Assembly (NCBI GenBank): GCA_963807605.1
Contig: CAWECG010000001.1
Coordinates: 96,001 to 160,000, forward strand
Length of the DNA stretch: 64,000 nt
Reading direction: 5' to 3'
Source of the DNA: Candidatus Bathyarchaeota archaeon
GTDB lineage: Archaea > Thermoproteota > Bathyarchaeia > 40CM-2-53-6 > RBG-13-38-9
Part shown: positions 48,588 through 58,011 of the stretch, piece by piece
How positions within the stretch are numbered: position 1 is the stretch's first letter
Layout of the letters: each line of letters opens with the position of its first letter
Notes under the pieces: model-generated
Told to the model about the DNA's origin: nothing
The model's input: the letters and a program-made list of their open reading frames with translations, nothing else
Databases searched by the model: none
Program-made: the position numbers and the translations under genes

Positions 48588-49118
48588 GTGGCTAAGCTTC
48601 TCTTAACACGTGAACTCAGAGCCTTACTCAAGATCCCTCTTGGCGAACTGTTAACCGGCACTGGAGATGAGAACATGAAAGCTCTGAAAAGAATTGTCGC
48701 TGAACAGAAAACTCCCAGAGTCATATGCGTCGGTGACAGTGTATGCAGAAACGCAATAAGCGCTGGCGAAACATCATGGATCAAGATCGTTGACGGCAAA
48801 GAGATGCGGAGAGAAACAGGCCTGCAGGATTTTCATGGGAGGAGGATCCTTCTTGTTGATAATCCGCCTGGAACGATAAGTCGGATGGCTTGGGAGGCTG
48901 TTACAGAGGCGATCAAGCATAAAGGCTCGTTACTGATCGTCAATGGTGAGGAAGATCTCCTTGCCTTACCGGCTATTCTCGAGGCCCCGAATAACTCGAT
49001 TGTGATCTACGGGCAGCCGCCTCAAGCCGGAATGACCGTGGTGAGAATCAACAGGGACAAGAAGAGTCTCGCAAAATCCGTGGTTGACGCAATGATTTGC
49101 GAGCCAGATCAAGGCTGA
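48588..49118 (+). CDS. GTP-dependent dephospho-CoA kinase (DUF359)
   Basis: LKIPLG, VGDSV, IVDGKEMR, NPPGTI, GEEDLLALP and YGQP motifs. Confidence 0.9.
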   Translation: MAKLLLTRELRALLKIPLGELLTGTGDENMKALKRIVAEQKTPRVICVGDSVCRNAISAGETSWIKIVDGKEMRRETGLQDFHGRRILLVDNPPGTISRMAWEAVTEAIKHKGSLLIVNGEEDLLALPAILEAPNNSIVIYGQPPQAGMTVVRINRDKKSLAKSVVDAMICEPDQG

Positions 49119-49315
49119 GCTTTTACATAGTCAGTGTAACTGCATGATCCGCATGTCCATCTTTGTTTCGGGTTGTTGTGGTGGGCCATGATATTGCCGC
49201 ACCTTGGGCACTTTCTGTTCTTCAGCTTGATGGTCTTTTTCTCATAGCTGTAATCGTATAAGGTACCGATGCTCGATCTCTTCTTCACAGGCTTCTTTTC
49301 TTTGCTCTCGCTCAT
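49109..49315 (-). CDS. rps27ae: 30S ribosomal protein S27ae
   Basis: CPRCG..MAHH..RWTCGSC. Confidence 0.95.
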   Translation of the reverse strand: MSESKEKKPVKKRSSIGTLYDYSYEKKTIKLKNRKCPRCGNIMAHHNNPKQRWTCGSCSYTDYVKAQP

Positions 49316-49324
49316 TCCAAGTCA

Positions 49325-49783
49325 CTACTTCTTGGGTTTCTCTGCCTCTGGGGCTTTGGCTTTTTCCGCCGGTTTTTCCTTCACAGTCTCTTTGGGTTTT
49401 GGCTCCGGTTTCTCCTTCTCAGCTTCTTTGGGTTTTGCTTCCGGCTTTTCCTTCACAGCCTCTTTTGGCTTCTCTGGCTTTTTCTTAGCAGCCTCACGTT
49501 TCTCCGGTGGCAGGTTCCTTGTCTGTATATATTTCGGCACGATCTTCTCAGCTAGCTCTTTTGATTCATATACCTCGACGTGGCAGAGCGATCTTTTCAA
49601 CCCCGTCTTTCCTTCGATCTTGACTACGTACACGTTTTCAGGCTTCTCATCGAGTTCTGAGGCCAGAAAGTCTCTTGTCGCTAGCCTCTCCGGTGTTCCC
49701 TTCTCATCATGTGTTAATTCAACGAGTATTTCTTTGCGTCTTAGAACAGGATTCCGGGTCTCTTCCATTACTTTGGCCTTCAT
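49325..49783 (-). CDS. rps24e: 30S ribosomal protein S24e with repetitive K/E/P tail
   Basis: NPVLRRKE, GTP, KTG and VYES motifs; 12-aa repeats at the C-terminus. Confidence 0.92.
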   Translation of the reverse strand: MKAKVMEETRNPVLRRKEILVELTHDEKGTPERLATRDFLASELDEKPENVYVVKIEGKTGLKRSLCHVEVYESKELAEKIVPKYIQTRNLPPEKREAAKKKPEKPKEAVKEKPEAKPKEAEKEKPEPKPKETVKEKPAEKAKAPEAEKPKK

Positions 49784-49790
49784 TCGTCTT

Positions 49791-50186
49791 TCACTCGTTC
49801 GATTTTGCTTTTGGGGGTTTTGTCACAGTCTTTGGTTCCGTGGGCGCTTCCACTACTGCGACGTTTATCTGGTATGTCTCCTCAGTTATCATGCGTCCTC
49901 TGACCATCTTTCGCTTTCTAATCCCATATTCGCCTCGGAATCCAACGCTCTTTGTGAGAACTAGGTGTTTCTTCCCTCCACCGAGGACGTCTGACCTTAG
50001 TGGTATACCATCCTTGTCGCTTCCACCTGTTATCTTGACTCTCTTTCCACTCAAGCCAATAAGGGATCCGTCTAGGATCTCGCCGAGCTCTTTGCCTACG
50101 AAGGGTTTGGCTTTGGCCCCTTCCAGTTCCATGTTTGAGGCTTTTCCAGTCGCGGGTTCAGATATCACAAGCTTGATCTTTGCCAA
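49791..50186 (-). CDS. rps6e: 30S ribosomal protein S6e
   Basis: ITGGSDKDGIP, RKRKMVRG and QIN motifs. Confidence 0.95.
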   Translation of the reverse strand: MAKIKLVISEPATGKASNMELEGAKAKPFVGKELGEILDGSLIGLSGKRVKITGGSDKDGIPLRSDVLGGGKKHLVLTKSVGFRGEYGIRKRKMVRGRMITEETYQINVAVVEAPTEPKTVTKPPKAKSNE

Positions 50187-50273
50187 TTTACATCGTCTCG
50201 TTGGGGAGGTATTCTACTACGCCTGGTGACAAACATATTAATCTGTCGAAGATTCCACGTTTGAGGATTAACT

Positions 50274-52089
50274 TCACATGCCCCAGAGCGGGTTCCCCTT
50301 TCTCATTATCTCTTTGAGTTCATCCAGAAGAGCCAGCTCTTCGGAGTTTAGGTAATCTCTAAGTCTTGTGGAGAGCTCCTTTGCTGATGGTTCGGGAACG
50401 ACCACATAGAGAACATCGCCTTCGAAGACATTTCTATTCATGACCGCTTTGTCTACTGAGACTGCAACTTGCATGCCTGCTTTTGCTTCGTCAACGTCTT
50501 TTCCTTTGTCTTGAAGTCTCAAGACTGTTCCAATCCTTTTGCCGTCCTTGTTTATCAGTGGGGCTTTCTGTCTGACCGTTCCTGCTAGGATCTCTACTCC
50601 GAATATTGCTGGTTTACTGTGTCTGAATACGTATCCTTGGAGAACGTGTATCTTCCCAGGCTTGATGTGGCGGGCTAGCTCCGCTTTCACATTTTCGGCT
50701 TTTTCAGCTTCCATCCACCTCGAGTAGCTGTCAAGCAAGTCATAGATCACGTCTGCCTGAATTACGGGGATGCCTCTTCTTCCTGCTTCTACCTCAGCAT
50801 CAGGGAGTAGTCTGACATTGAATCCCAAGACTACACCGAGCAGACGATCCTCCTCTCTCACTATGCCTGCCTCAACGACCTCTCGTTTGGAAATATCGCC
50901 TACATCGGCTAATCTTATCGGTGTGTTTGACTCTCTCAGTGACGCGATTATCGCCTCAAGAGCCCCCAGCGTGTCAGTCTTGAGGACGATTCCGTTTCGG
51001 TCGGTCTGGATCCTCAGACTCTCAAATTCTTCTTTAACCATCTTTGAGAAGGTTGCAGTAGATTCGCCTTCTGGACCAGCATATAGAGAGGAGCCTGCGA
51101 GGGCTTTCTCCAAGTTGGGGGCTACAATCTTGATGCCAGCAGCGGCCTTGACGCCGCGCACATTTGAGAACTTCTCTCGTGGATCTCTGATCTCATCGAG
51201 AGGTTTAGGAACAAGAATTGCCCGAACATTAGTAACTATGGGGCCTTCTTTGCCTCCCAGGACTATCTGGTCGCCGACATTCAATACACCATCATAGATG
51301 ATTGCGTTAACAGTTGTACCTAAGCCGGTTTCTTCTTTGACTTCTAGAACCGTTCCCTTAGCTGGTCCAGTAGTTGTCAATAGTTCTTCTTTCATGAATG
51401 ATTGGGTCAGTCCAACCAACATCGCAAGCAGTTCCCGGATTCCTTCCCCCGTCTTTGCGCTTGTCGGAATAATGGCGACCGTCTTGGTGAAGTCCTTGAT
51501 CCTATCGAATCTGTCCGCCTGTAAGCCAAATTTGGACAGTTCTCCCATGATGGTGTATACCCGGTTATCTATGTCTCTCTGGACTTCTGGAGGTTGTTGC
51601 GCGATCTCGGAACTGATCGATTTGGTATCGATTCTCCTCCATCCGGGTACCATGTCTATCTTATTTGCTGCGACCAAGAAGGGCGTTTTTCTAGTCTTCA
51701 GTATCTCTATGGATTCCTCTGTCTGAGGTTCAACGCCTTTCGTTATGTCGATAACGAGTATCGCGATGTCAGCAGCCGAACCTCCTCGACGTCGCAAGTT
51801 TGAGAAGCTCTCGTGGCCTGGGGTATCGATGAAGAGCAATCCCGGTATACCAATTTGGAATTTGAATTGTTCAAGGGTCTCCCCGTATACCTCCTTGATT
51901 GTTTCTGTCGGTAGGAGACTCGCGCCGATCCATTGTGTTATCAGTCCCGGCTCCCTCTTTGCGACAGAAGTGCCTCTGATCTGATCGAGAAGCGTTGTCT
52001 TGCCGTGATCTACATAGCCCGTCGCCGTGCGGTCAGTGAGTTTGCAACGTATGGCCTAGAACCACGACAATTGGCTGACGAATTGACAA
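50274..52089 (-). CDS. infB: Translation initiation factor aIF5B (IF-2); two exons 52089-52051 and 52013-50274, 592 aa if spliced
   Basis: Exon 1 MSIRQPIVVVLGH joins exon 2 VDHGKTTLLD...DTPGHE...NKID...; the ORF track captures only 50274-51839. Confidence 0.95.
52014..52050 (-). other. 37-nt bulge-helix-bulge (BHB) intron in infB pre-mRNA
   Basis: Exon stem GUCGUGGUUCUA/UAGAUCACGGC, 4-bp helix GGCC/GGCU, 3-nt bulges AUA and AUG, intron stem CGUUGC/GCGACG; cutting after bulge nt 2 restores GGC CAU GUA GAU CAC. Confidence 0.88.
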
Positions 52090-52187
52090 GGGTGCATTCC
52101 CTCTGGAGTCCAATGGGTGTCGAACTCCTTAAGTGTTACACTCTGATGGTCTTTCAGATTGTTCTTGCGAAGCATTTGCTAGAAGTC

Positions 52188-52656
52188 TTACTCTTTGGGT
52201 TTGAGGCCAAGGAGGAATGCCGTCTCGGTAGGCTTGCTATAAGTTACGATTTCATTTTGCTCAAAGAATATCTTGATCTCGCGAGTCGCGTTCTCCATGC
52301 TGTCGGCAGCATGCGCTATATTCTGAGTTGTGTTCAAGGCAAAGTCGGCTCTAATGCTTCCCACATCGGCCTCTTGAGGATTTGTCACTCCAACAATTCT
52401 TCTGATCGCAATGACAGCATTCGGTCCCTCAACTACCATCGCGATTATGGGGCCGGATGTAATATGGTCAAGAAGCCTGAGATAGAAGTCCTTTGTTCTA
52501 TGCATCGAATAGAGAGTCTCAGCCTGAATCCTTCGACATTCTCAGGAGCTTTATTGCAGTTACGTTCAGGCCCTTTCTCTCAATTCTTGAGATTACTTGC
52601 CCGATGAGTCCCCTCATCACGCCCTCGGGTTTGATGAGAACTAATGTTCTCTCCAT
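52188..52656 (-). CDS. ndk: Nucleoside diphosphate kinase with a +1 frameshift near 52527
   Basis: [12 protein letters not shown]...RMSKD[extra T]QAETLYSMH...GSIRADF...NIAHAADS. Confidence 0.88.
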
Positions 52657-52674
52657 GGGGGATTTTCACAGTTC

Positions 52675-52863
52675 TTATCTTTCCTTGTGCATGTAATGCT
52701 GGGTCCATTTGAATTTTCTTGAATCCCTGTGTAGCTCGAGTGAACTCTTTCTGCATTTTGTCGAGCAGAAGTATAGTATCACTCCATCATTCTTTATGTA
52801 GGCAAGTCCCGACGCTGGACCGTACTCGTTTCCGCAGAAGTGGCATTTGAATGTGCGGGGCAC
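52675..52863 (-). CDS. rpl24e: 50S ribosomal protein L24e
   Basis: CHFCG...FCSTKC...KFKWT. Confidence 0.95.
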   Translation of the reverse strand: MPRTFKCHFCGNEYGPASGLAYIKNDGVILYFCSTKCRKSSLELHRDSRKFKWTQHYMHKER

Positions 52864-52876
52864 TTAGTATGCCTCT

Positions 52877-53116
52877 CTAACGTATCTTCTTGGCTTCTCT
52901 CTCGGTCTCTCTCAACATCAATGTATCGCCAAGTCGTACCGGACCCTTGATGTTTCTAGTGATAATTCTGCCCTTGTCTCTCCCTTCAAGAATCCTAACT
53001 CTGACTTGTATGACTTCGCCTGTTACTCCTGTTCTGCCAACAATTTGTGTGATCTCAGACGGGATTAGGACCTCTTCGCCTGCCTCTCTTGCTGTTTTTT
53101 GTGAGGTGCTGCTCAA
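52877..53116 (-). CDS. rps28e: 30S ribosomal protein S28e
   Basis: GRTGVTGE and [19 protein letters not shown] motifs. Confidence 0.96.
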   Translation of the reverse strand: MSSTSQKTAREAGEEVLIPSEITQIVGRTGVTGEVIQVRVRILEGRDKGRIITRNIKGPVRLGDTLMLRETEREAKKIR

Positions 53117-53502
53117 GTGCTTGTCCCACCGTCCTTTAGTAACTTCTCTGTAGCACTGACGATTTCCTTCAAAGACTCGGCTGCTTCGCCCGGCTCAACT
53201 ATTGAGATCGCTGCAGAACCCACTTCGATCCCTGCGGATCTCCCTAGCTCAAGCTTTGTGGGAACAAAGAGATAGGGTATCTTTCTTTCCTCACACAAGA
53301 TTGGGAGATGCGCTACCACTTGAGGTGGTTCAACGTCTTCGGCTATAAGTACGAGCTTGGCCACGCCTCTCTCGATTGCTTTGGTGGATTCATTAGTTCC
53401 CTTTCTGATCTTGCCCGAATCCTTGGCTACCTGTACCGCTTGAATCGCCTTCTCCGCAAGCTCCTTCGGTGTTTCAAACTTAACGTAGAATTGTTTTGGC
53501 AT
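53113..53502 (-). CDS. rpl7ae: 50S ribosomal protein L7Ae
   Basis: [23 protein letters not shown] and LPILCEE motifs. Confidence 0.97.
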   Translation of the reverse strand: MPKQFYVKFETPKELAEKAIQAVQVAKDSGKIRKGTNESTKAIERGVAKLVLIAEDVEPPQVVAHLPILCEERKIPYLFVPTKLELGRSAGIEVGSAAISIVEPGEAAESLKEIVSATEKLLKDGGTST

Positions 53503-53626
53503 CGTTCTTACCTCATCTGCCACTTTTAGCTAGTAGCCCACGTGCCTGTTTTATCAACCTTTCGTTAAAGAACCTAGTTGGATCTGGAAAGCATCCGAGT
53601 CAAACGTAAAGGGACGCTGTGGCTTG

Positions 53627-54826
53627 CTATGCAGCGCCTCGTTTCACCATGTTAGCTACCTTGGTCTGCAGGCCCCAGAGCTCAATAAATCCAGTAGCCA
53701 TCGTCTGATCAAATGTTGTGCCAACATTATATGTGGCCAACTTGAGGTTATAAAGAGAAGCTGGCGATGATCTGCCGACAACTTGGCAGCTCCCCTTGTA
53801 GAGCTTAATCTTGACTGTACCTTTGACTCTTCCCTGGGTCTCGTCAATAAAGGCGTTCAGATCTCCCATCAGCGGATCCATCCATAATCCTGAGTAAGCT
53901 GCTACTGTCCATTGAAAGTCCACAAACTGCTTGAAGGAAAGTTCGTGGCGGGTTAAGACACACTTCTCCAAGTCTCTGTGAGCCTCTATGAGCACCGTTG
54001 CTGACGGGCATTCATAGACCTCACGGGACTTTATTCCTATCAAGCGATCCTCGATATGGTCTATTCGTCCAACGCCGTTTCTTCCAGCCACGCTATTCAG
54101 TTTCTGCAATAATGTGACGGGATTCTCTTTAACGCCATTTAGCGATTCTGGTATTCCCCGTTCAAATTCAACTGTTACGTATTCAGGTCTATCTGGGCTC
54201 TTCTCCGGAGATGTAGTTAGCTTGTAGATCTCTTCTGGTGGTTCCGCTGAAGGATCCTCAAGAATCCCACATTCTATTGAGCGGCCATACAGATTCTGAT
54301 CGGTGCTGTAAGGGTTTTCTGGCTTGATTGAGATCGATATGTTGTGTTCCTTAGCATACTTGATTTCCTCCTCTCGCGAGAGCTTCCATTCTCTTATTGG
54401 GGCTATTATCTTCAGTTGTGGTGCGAGGGCGGCTATCGTTACATCGAATCTGACTTGGTCATTGCCTTTGCCCGTACATCCATGCGCGACTGCTGTAGCC
54501 CCTTCCTTTTCGGCGATCTCAACCAATTTGGATGCTATAAGAGGTCTCGATAGTGCTGTCGATATTGGGTACTTGCCCTCATAGAGGGCATTGGCTTTGA
54601 CTGCAGGGAATACGTAGTTCTTGACAAACTCCTCCCGGGCATCTATCGAATAATGTTTTACAGCTCCGGCATTCTGAGAATTCCTACGAACTAGGTCCAG
54701 ATCTTCGCCGTGACCGACGTCGACTGTAACAGTGACTACATCGCAGCGGTATTTCTCCATAATCCATCTGACAGCAACTGATGTATCGAGGCCTCCAGAG
54801 TAAGCGAGAATCACCTTGTCTCTCAT
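53627..54826 (-). CDS. argG: Argininosuccinate synthase
   Basis: LAYSGGLDTS, HGCTGKGNDQVRF and GIKSREVYE motifs. Confidence 0.97.
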   Translation of the reverse strand: MRDKVILAYSGGLDTSVAVRWIMEKYRCDVVTVTVDVGHGEDLDLVRRNSQNAGAVKHYSIDAREEFVKNYVFPAVKANALYEGKYPISTALSRPLIASKLVEIAEKEGATAVAHGCTGKGNDQVRFDVTIAALAPQLKIIAPIREWKLSREEEIKYAKEHNISISIKPENPYSTDQNLYGRSIECGILEDPSAEPPEEIYKLTTSPEKSPDRPEYVTVEFERGIPESLNGVKENPVTLLQKLNSVAGRNGVGRIDHIEDRLIGIKSREVYECPSATVLIEAHRDLEKCVLTRHELSFKQFVDFQWTVAAYSGLWMDPLMGDLNAFIDETQGRVKGTVKIKLYKGSCQVVGRSSPASLYNLKLATYNVGTTFDQTMATGFIELWGLQTKVANMVKRGAA

Positions 54827-54941
54827 GTTTGATCCTTCTCTAATGGGATGGAACGTCCACTATAGGTAAGTGGTCAAATGATAACTTTTCTTTTACCCAC
54901 ATTTATTGTGGGCTGCGAAGTCTGCTTTGACTGTTGGCTAG

Positions 54942-55802
54942 CTACTTCTTTGAAATGGTCACGAGGTATTCCATGATCTTCTTGGCGATATCGACGCCCG
55001 TGGCCGCCGCGGCTCCCCGGAACTCTATTGTGGAGTTGACCTCGTGTACAACATTTCCATCAGGGCTCTCCATGGAATCGACTGCCAGGACTCCTCCGCC
55101 AACAGCCTTGGCTGCCCGTAAAGCAATATCCTCAAGTTCATGGGTAATTGGGCAAAGAGTCGTTGTTGCACCAAGTGCGACATTTGTCCTCCAAGCACCC
55201 GCTGGAGAACTCCGATATACCGCTACAGTGACTTCATCGCCTACAACTATTGTTCTAATGTCTCTGGGTGGTCGATTGACCATTTCCTGTATGTAATGTA
55301 TTTGAAGTAATGAGCTGCCCATCTGTTCCCTATGCTCGAGGATGGCCTCGGCTGTAGCTCTATCTTTTATCGGCGAGACTAATCTGCCCCAGCTTCCGAT
55401 GATTGGTTTTATTACTGCCGGGTAACCGATTTTGTCAAGCGCATCCAAGGCGGCTTCTGATGTGAACGTTATGTAAGTCTTCGGCGTGGGAACTTTGGAC
55501 TTAGCAAGAGCCAAGGACGTCAGTAATTTGTTTCCACAGACGAGGGAGGTTTCGAATGAGTTCACGACAGGCAGGCCATTCTTTTCGAGAATTGCAGTTA
55601 TCTGTAGACCCCTGAAGTAGCTTACGCATCGCTCGAGAACGACGTCACCATATGATTCCTTTCCATATCTTTCGTGTATATCCAAACATAGGTTCTTGGC
55701 GTCGATAAGATTCGTTCGTATTCGTTTTCGTTTGGCGGCCTTAATCAGGGCTTTCTCTTCCCATCGCGTACGGTCAAAGATGATCGAGAATGTCTTTGCC
55801 AA
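54942..55802 (-). CDS. argX: LysW-glutamate ligase ArgX-like (RimK/ATP-grasp)
   Basis: RWEEK, RCVSYFR, KPIIGSWGRL, RDIR, WRTNVALG and EFRGA motifs; lies between lysW and argG; TTG start at 55802. Confidence 0.8.
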   Translation of the reverse strand: MAKTFSIIFDRTRWEEKALIKAAKRKRIRTNLIDAKNLCLDIHERYGKESYGDVVLERCVSYFRGLQITAILEKNGLPVVNSFETSLVCGNKLLTSLALAKSKVPTPKTYITFTSEAALDALDKIGYPAVIKPIIGSWGRLVSPIKDRATAEAILEHREQMGSSLLQIHYIQEMVNRPPRDIRTIVVGDEVTVAVYRSSPAGAWRTNVALGATTTLCPITHELEDIALRAAKAVGGGVLAVDSMESPDGNVVHEVNSTIEFRGAAAATGVDIAKKIMEYLVTISKK

Positions 55803-55812
55803 TGATGGGGTC

Positions 55813-55986
55813 TCACTCTCCCCAGTCTTCACCGACGACCTCGGCAACCTTGAGGTCGCATTTTCCATTTTCATCGATGGATAACTCAAATTCTAAGCCG
55901 CAGTCGGGACAGGTGACTATTTCACCGTTGACGACATCTGCGGGAATAGTGATCTCGCCATCACATTCGGGGCATTTGCATTTCAT
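55813..55986 (-). CDS. lysW: Amino-group carrier protein LysW/ArgW (copy 2)
   Basis: MKCKCPECDG...CPDCG...VGEDWGE; absent from the ORF track. Confidence 0.95.
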   Translation of the reverse strand: MKCKCPECDGEITIPADVVNGEIVTCPDCGLEFELSIDENGKCDLKVAEVVGEDWGE

Positions 55987-56072
55987 TCCGTTTCTTGCTC
56001 ACAATTTGTACGATTCTTCTTTAAATTCTGAATGCGTAGCTGAGGATAAGCTTAAAAGATTTTCTTTTGCGT

Positions 56073-57151
56073 TGCTGTGTTGCGCGACTAGGTTTCAGTG
56101 ATGTTTTTCGCTTTTGTTGGCTGTCTTCAGGTTTCGTCTAGCCGTGTGTTGCTGTGGTTGTTTCTATCAGCATGTTGTATAGTGAGGCTTTGATCATCAT
56201 CTCCTGTGCCATGTTTTGCATCGTTTTGGCTGAGACGTATTCTCCGAAGGTTCGCTTCAGCGATGAGAAGGCTGATTCAGCCATCCATCTATACCCGTAG
56301 CCATGATTGTGTTTCCAGGCTTCAGGGTCTTTGAGGTATTCTTGGGCTACGAGCTTTCTGGGCATGCATCCTCCGGCCCTGCTGGATGTGTTCTTGCGCA
56401 CCTTGATGGCTGGCTCAATCCCTTTTGCGTTGAGATAGCGGAAGTTGCTTTTCATATCGTATGCTCCGTCGCCAATTGCCTTGGCGACCTTACCTTTCTT
56501 GGAGGCTTCATCAACAAGCGGCTGGAGCATCCCTCCGTCACCTGTCTTCTCATCCGTCACCTTCAAGGCGAGTATCTTCTTCCGCTTTACATCAACGGCG
56601 ATATGGATCTTGAGGTATCCGCGTCTCACCTTCCATTTATGGCGTATCCATTCGCCGCGGTTAGCCACCTTGATGCCTGATGCGTCCACCGCCAGGACTA
56701 TGTCGTCGCCATAATCTTTCTCATCCAGCTTCACATCTAACCTGTTCACGCGTCTATCTATGGTTGAATAGTCAGGCACATGGATCCTTGAGTCGAATCT
56801 TCTCAGGGCTTTGAGGAATCCTTCTGTCTGCCTGTAGGGTAGGTGGAATAGCAGGTGCATGTAGCCTAGAAGCCTGATGAAGATCTCAGGGTAGACGTAT
56901 TGTCCACCTTCCTTCCCAGTATTCATCTTTTCAAGCTCAATGTTCCACCTGTCAAGGATGCGTGGGTCAAGCAGGATCTCCCCACGCTTCACGAGACCCT
57001 CATTGATGCGTCTCCAATCTCTAGCAGCCAATCACAATCGTGGAATAGTTCTCTCACAGGCAATATAGATCATCCAACCACTTCCACGTCAATAAACCGA
57101 AAACTCAAACCTACATCCATAAACAAAAATGTCTAGTCATGCAACACAGCA
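56073..57151 (-). mobile_element. IS5-family insertion sequence
   Basis: Terminal IRs TGCTGTGTTGC(GC/AT)GACTAG; 8-bp TSD TTTTGCGT at 56065-56072 and 57152-57159. Confidence 0.92.
56138..57031 (-). CDS. IS5-family DDE transposase
   Basis: LVKRGEI, LPYRQTEG, PDYSTI, AVDASG, KIHIAVD, GDGAYD and RWMAESAFS motifs. Confidence 0.93.
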   Translation of the reverse strand: MAARDWRRINEGLVKRGEILLDPRILDRWNIELEKMNTGKEGGQYVYPEIFIRLLGYMHLLFHLPYRQTEGFLKALRRFDSRIHVPDYSTIDRRVNRLDVKLDEKDYGDDIVLAVDASGIKVANRGEWIRHKWKVRRGYLKIHIAVDVKRKKILALKVTDEKTGDGGMLQPLVDEASKKGKVAKAIGDGAYDMKSNFRYLNAKGIEPAIKVRKNTSSRAGGCMPRKLVAQEYLKDPEAWKHNHGYGYRWMAESAFSSLKRTFGEYVSAKTMQNMAQEMMIKASLYNMLIETTTATHG

Positions 57152-57196
57152 TTTTGCGTGATTTTTTGTTGAGCGAATTGCGAGCTTTGAAATGGC

Positions 57197-57607
57197 TCAC
57201 CATTGTCTCAGTATGATCATAGTGTTTGTGTTTGAAACACCTTCCACACTTCGTACCTCTTCGATACAACGATTTACTTCTGTGATGCTTGCAGCCGAAA
57301 TCATGACTACTATGTCGTATTGTCCTGTAACTTCATGGACTGTCTCTACACTCGGAATCTTGACGAGCTCTTGTGAGATTTTTGATGTGGGATAAGCAGG
57401 GTTTATGGAAAGAAGCGTTATCGCCTCTGCTCCAGTCTTGAATCCTAGTTCAATAGTGAACTTCTTAACGTCGCCTGATTGTGTGAGCGCCATGATTCTC
57501 TTTCGAACAGCACCCTCAGACAATCCAGTCTTTTTTCCAATTTCGACATAGGGTGCCCTTCCATCCTCTTTTAGTATGTCTATTATCTTCTGGTCTATTT
57601 CATCCAA
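57197..57607 (-). CDS. lysM: Lrp/AsnC family regulator (LysM-like)
   Basis: MDEIDQKII..DGRAPY..GLSEGAVRKRI HTH and EVTGQYDI; lies between the two lysW operons. Confidence 0.8.
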   Translation of the reverse strand: MDEIDQKIIDILKEDGRAPYVEIGKKTGLSEGAVRKRIMALTQSGDVKKFTIELGFKTGAEAITLLSINPAYPTSKISQELVKIPSVETVHEVTGQYDIVVMISAASITEVNRCIEEVRSVEGVSNTNTMIILRQW

Positions 57608-57725
57608 ACCCTGTCGCCGATACCATGGATGATGATGCCGGTCAATTTAACAATTCTTAAAAATGCTCGAACGTCCGTCGTTGGATTTGGAGCTGAATTA
57701 TTCTGTGCGTTCACAGAAAATAATG

Positions 57726-57800
57726 AAATCGTACTTCTAAAGCAAGATTGGGGAATAATGCAGTGCCCAATCACCGAAATCTTTAATAATGGTACGATAT
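57726..57800 (+). promoter_or_regulatory. Putative LysM half-sites and TATA box of the lysW operon
   Basis: AAATCGTAC at 57726 and GTACGAT at 57792 flank TTTAATAA; the same AATCGTAC motif sits by the second lysW promoter (56008-56015). Confidence 0.4.
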
Positions 57801-57834
57801 CTCTGTTAGAGAAACTGAAAAAAGGGCAGCATCT

Positions 57835-58011
57835 ATGAGCAGTCAGAAGTGTCCGGATTGTTCTGCTGAAATTAGGATTCCAGATGATGCGATCGATGGT
57901 GAGATCGTCGCCTGTCCTGATTGTGGACTTGAATTACAGGTTAAGAAAGCTCAGGCGGGAACGGTCGAGCTTGTAGAGGTGACTAAGGAAAAGGAAGATT
58001 GGGGTGAATAG
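57835..58011 (+). CDS. lysW: Amino-group carrier protein LysW (copy 1)
   Basis: MSSQKCPDCSA...CPDCG...KEKEDWGE; absent from the ORF track. Confidence 0.95.
   Translation: MSSQKCPDCSAEIRIPDDAIDGEIVACPDCGLELQVKKAQAGTVELVEVTKEKEDWGE

Noticed and set aside
52500-52560. ndk frameshift as a micro-intron
   Set aside because: The NDK pattern needs only one base removed, which is too short for a BHB intron.
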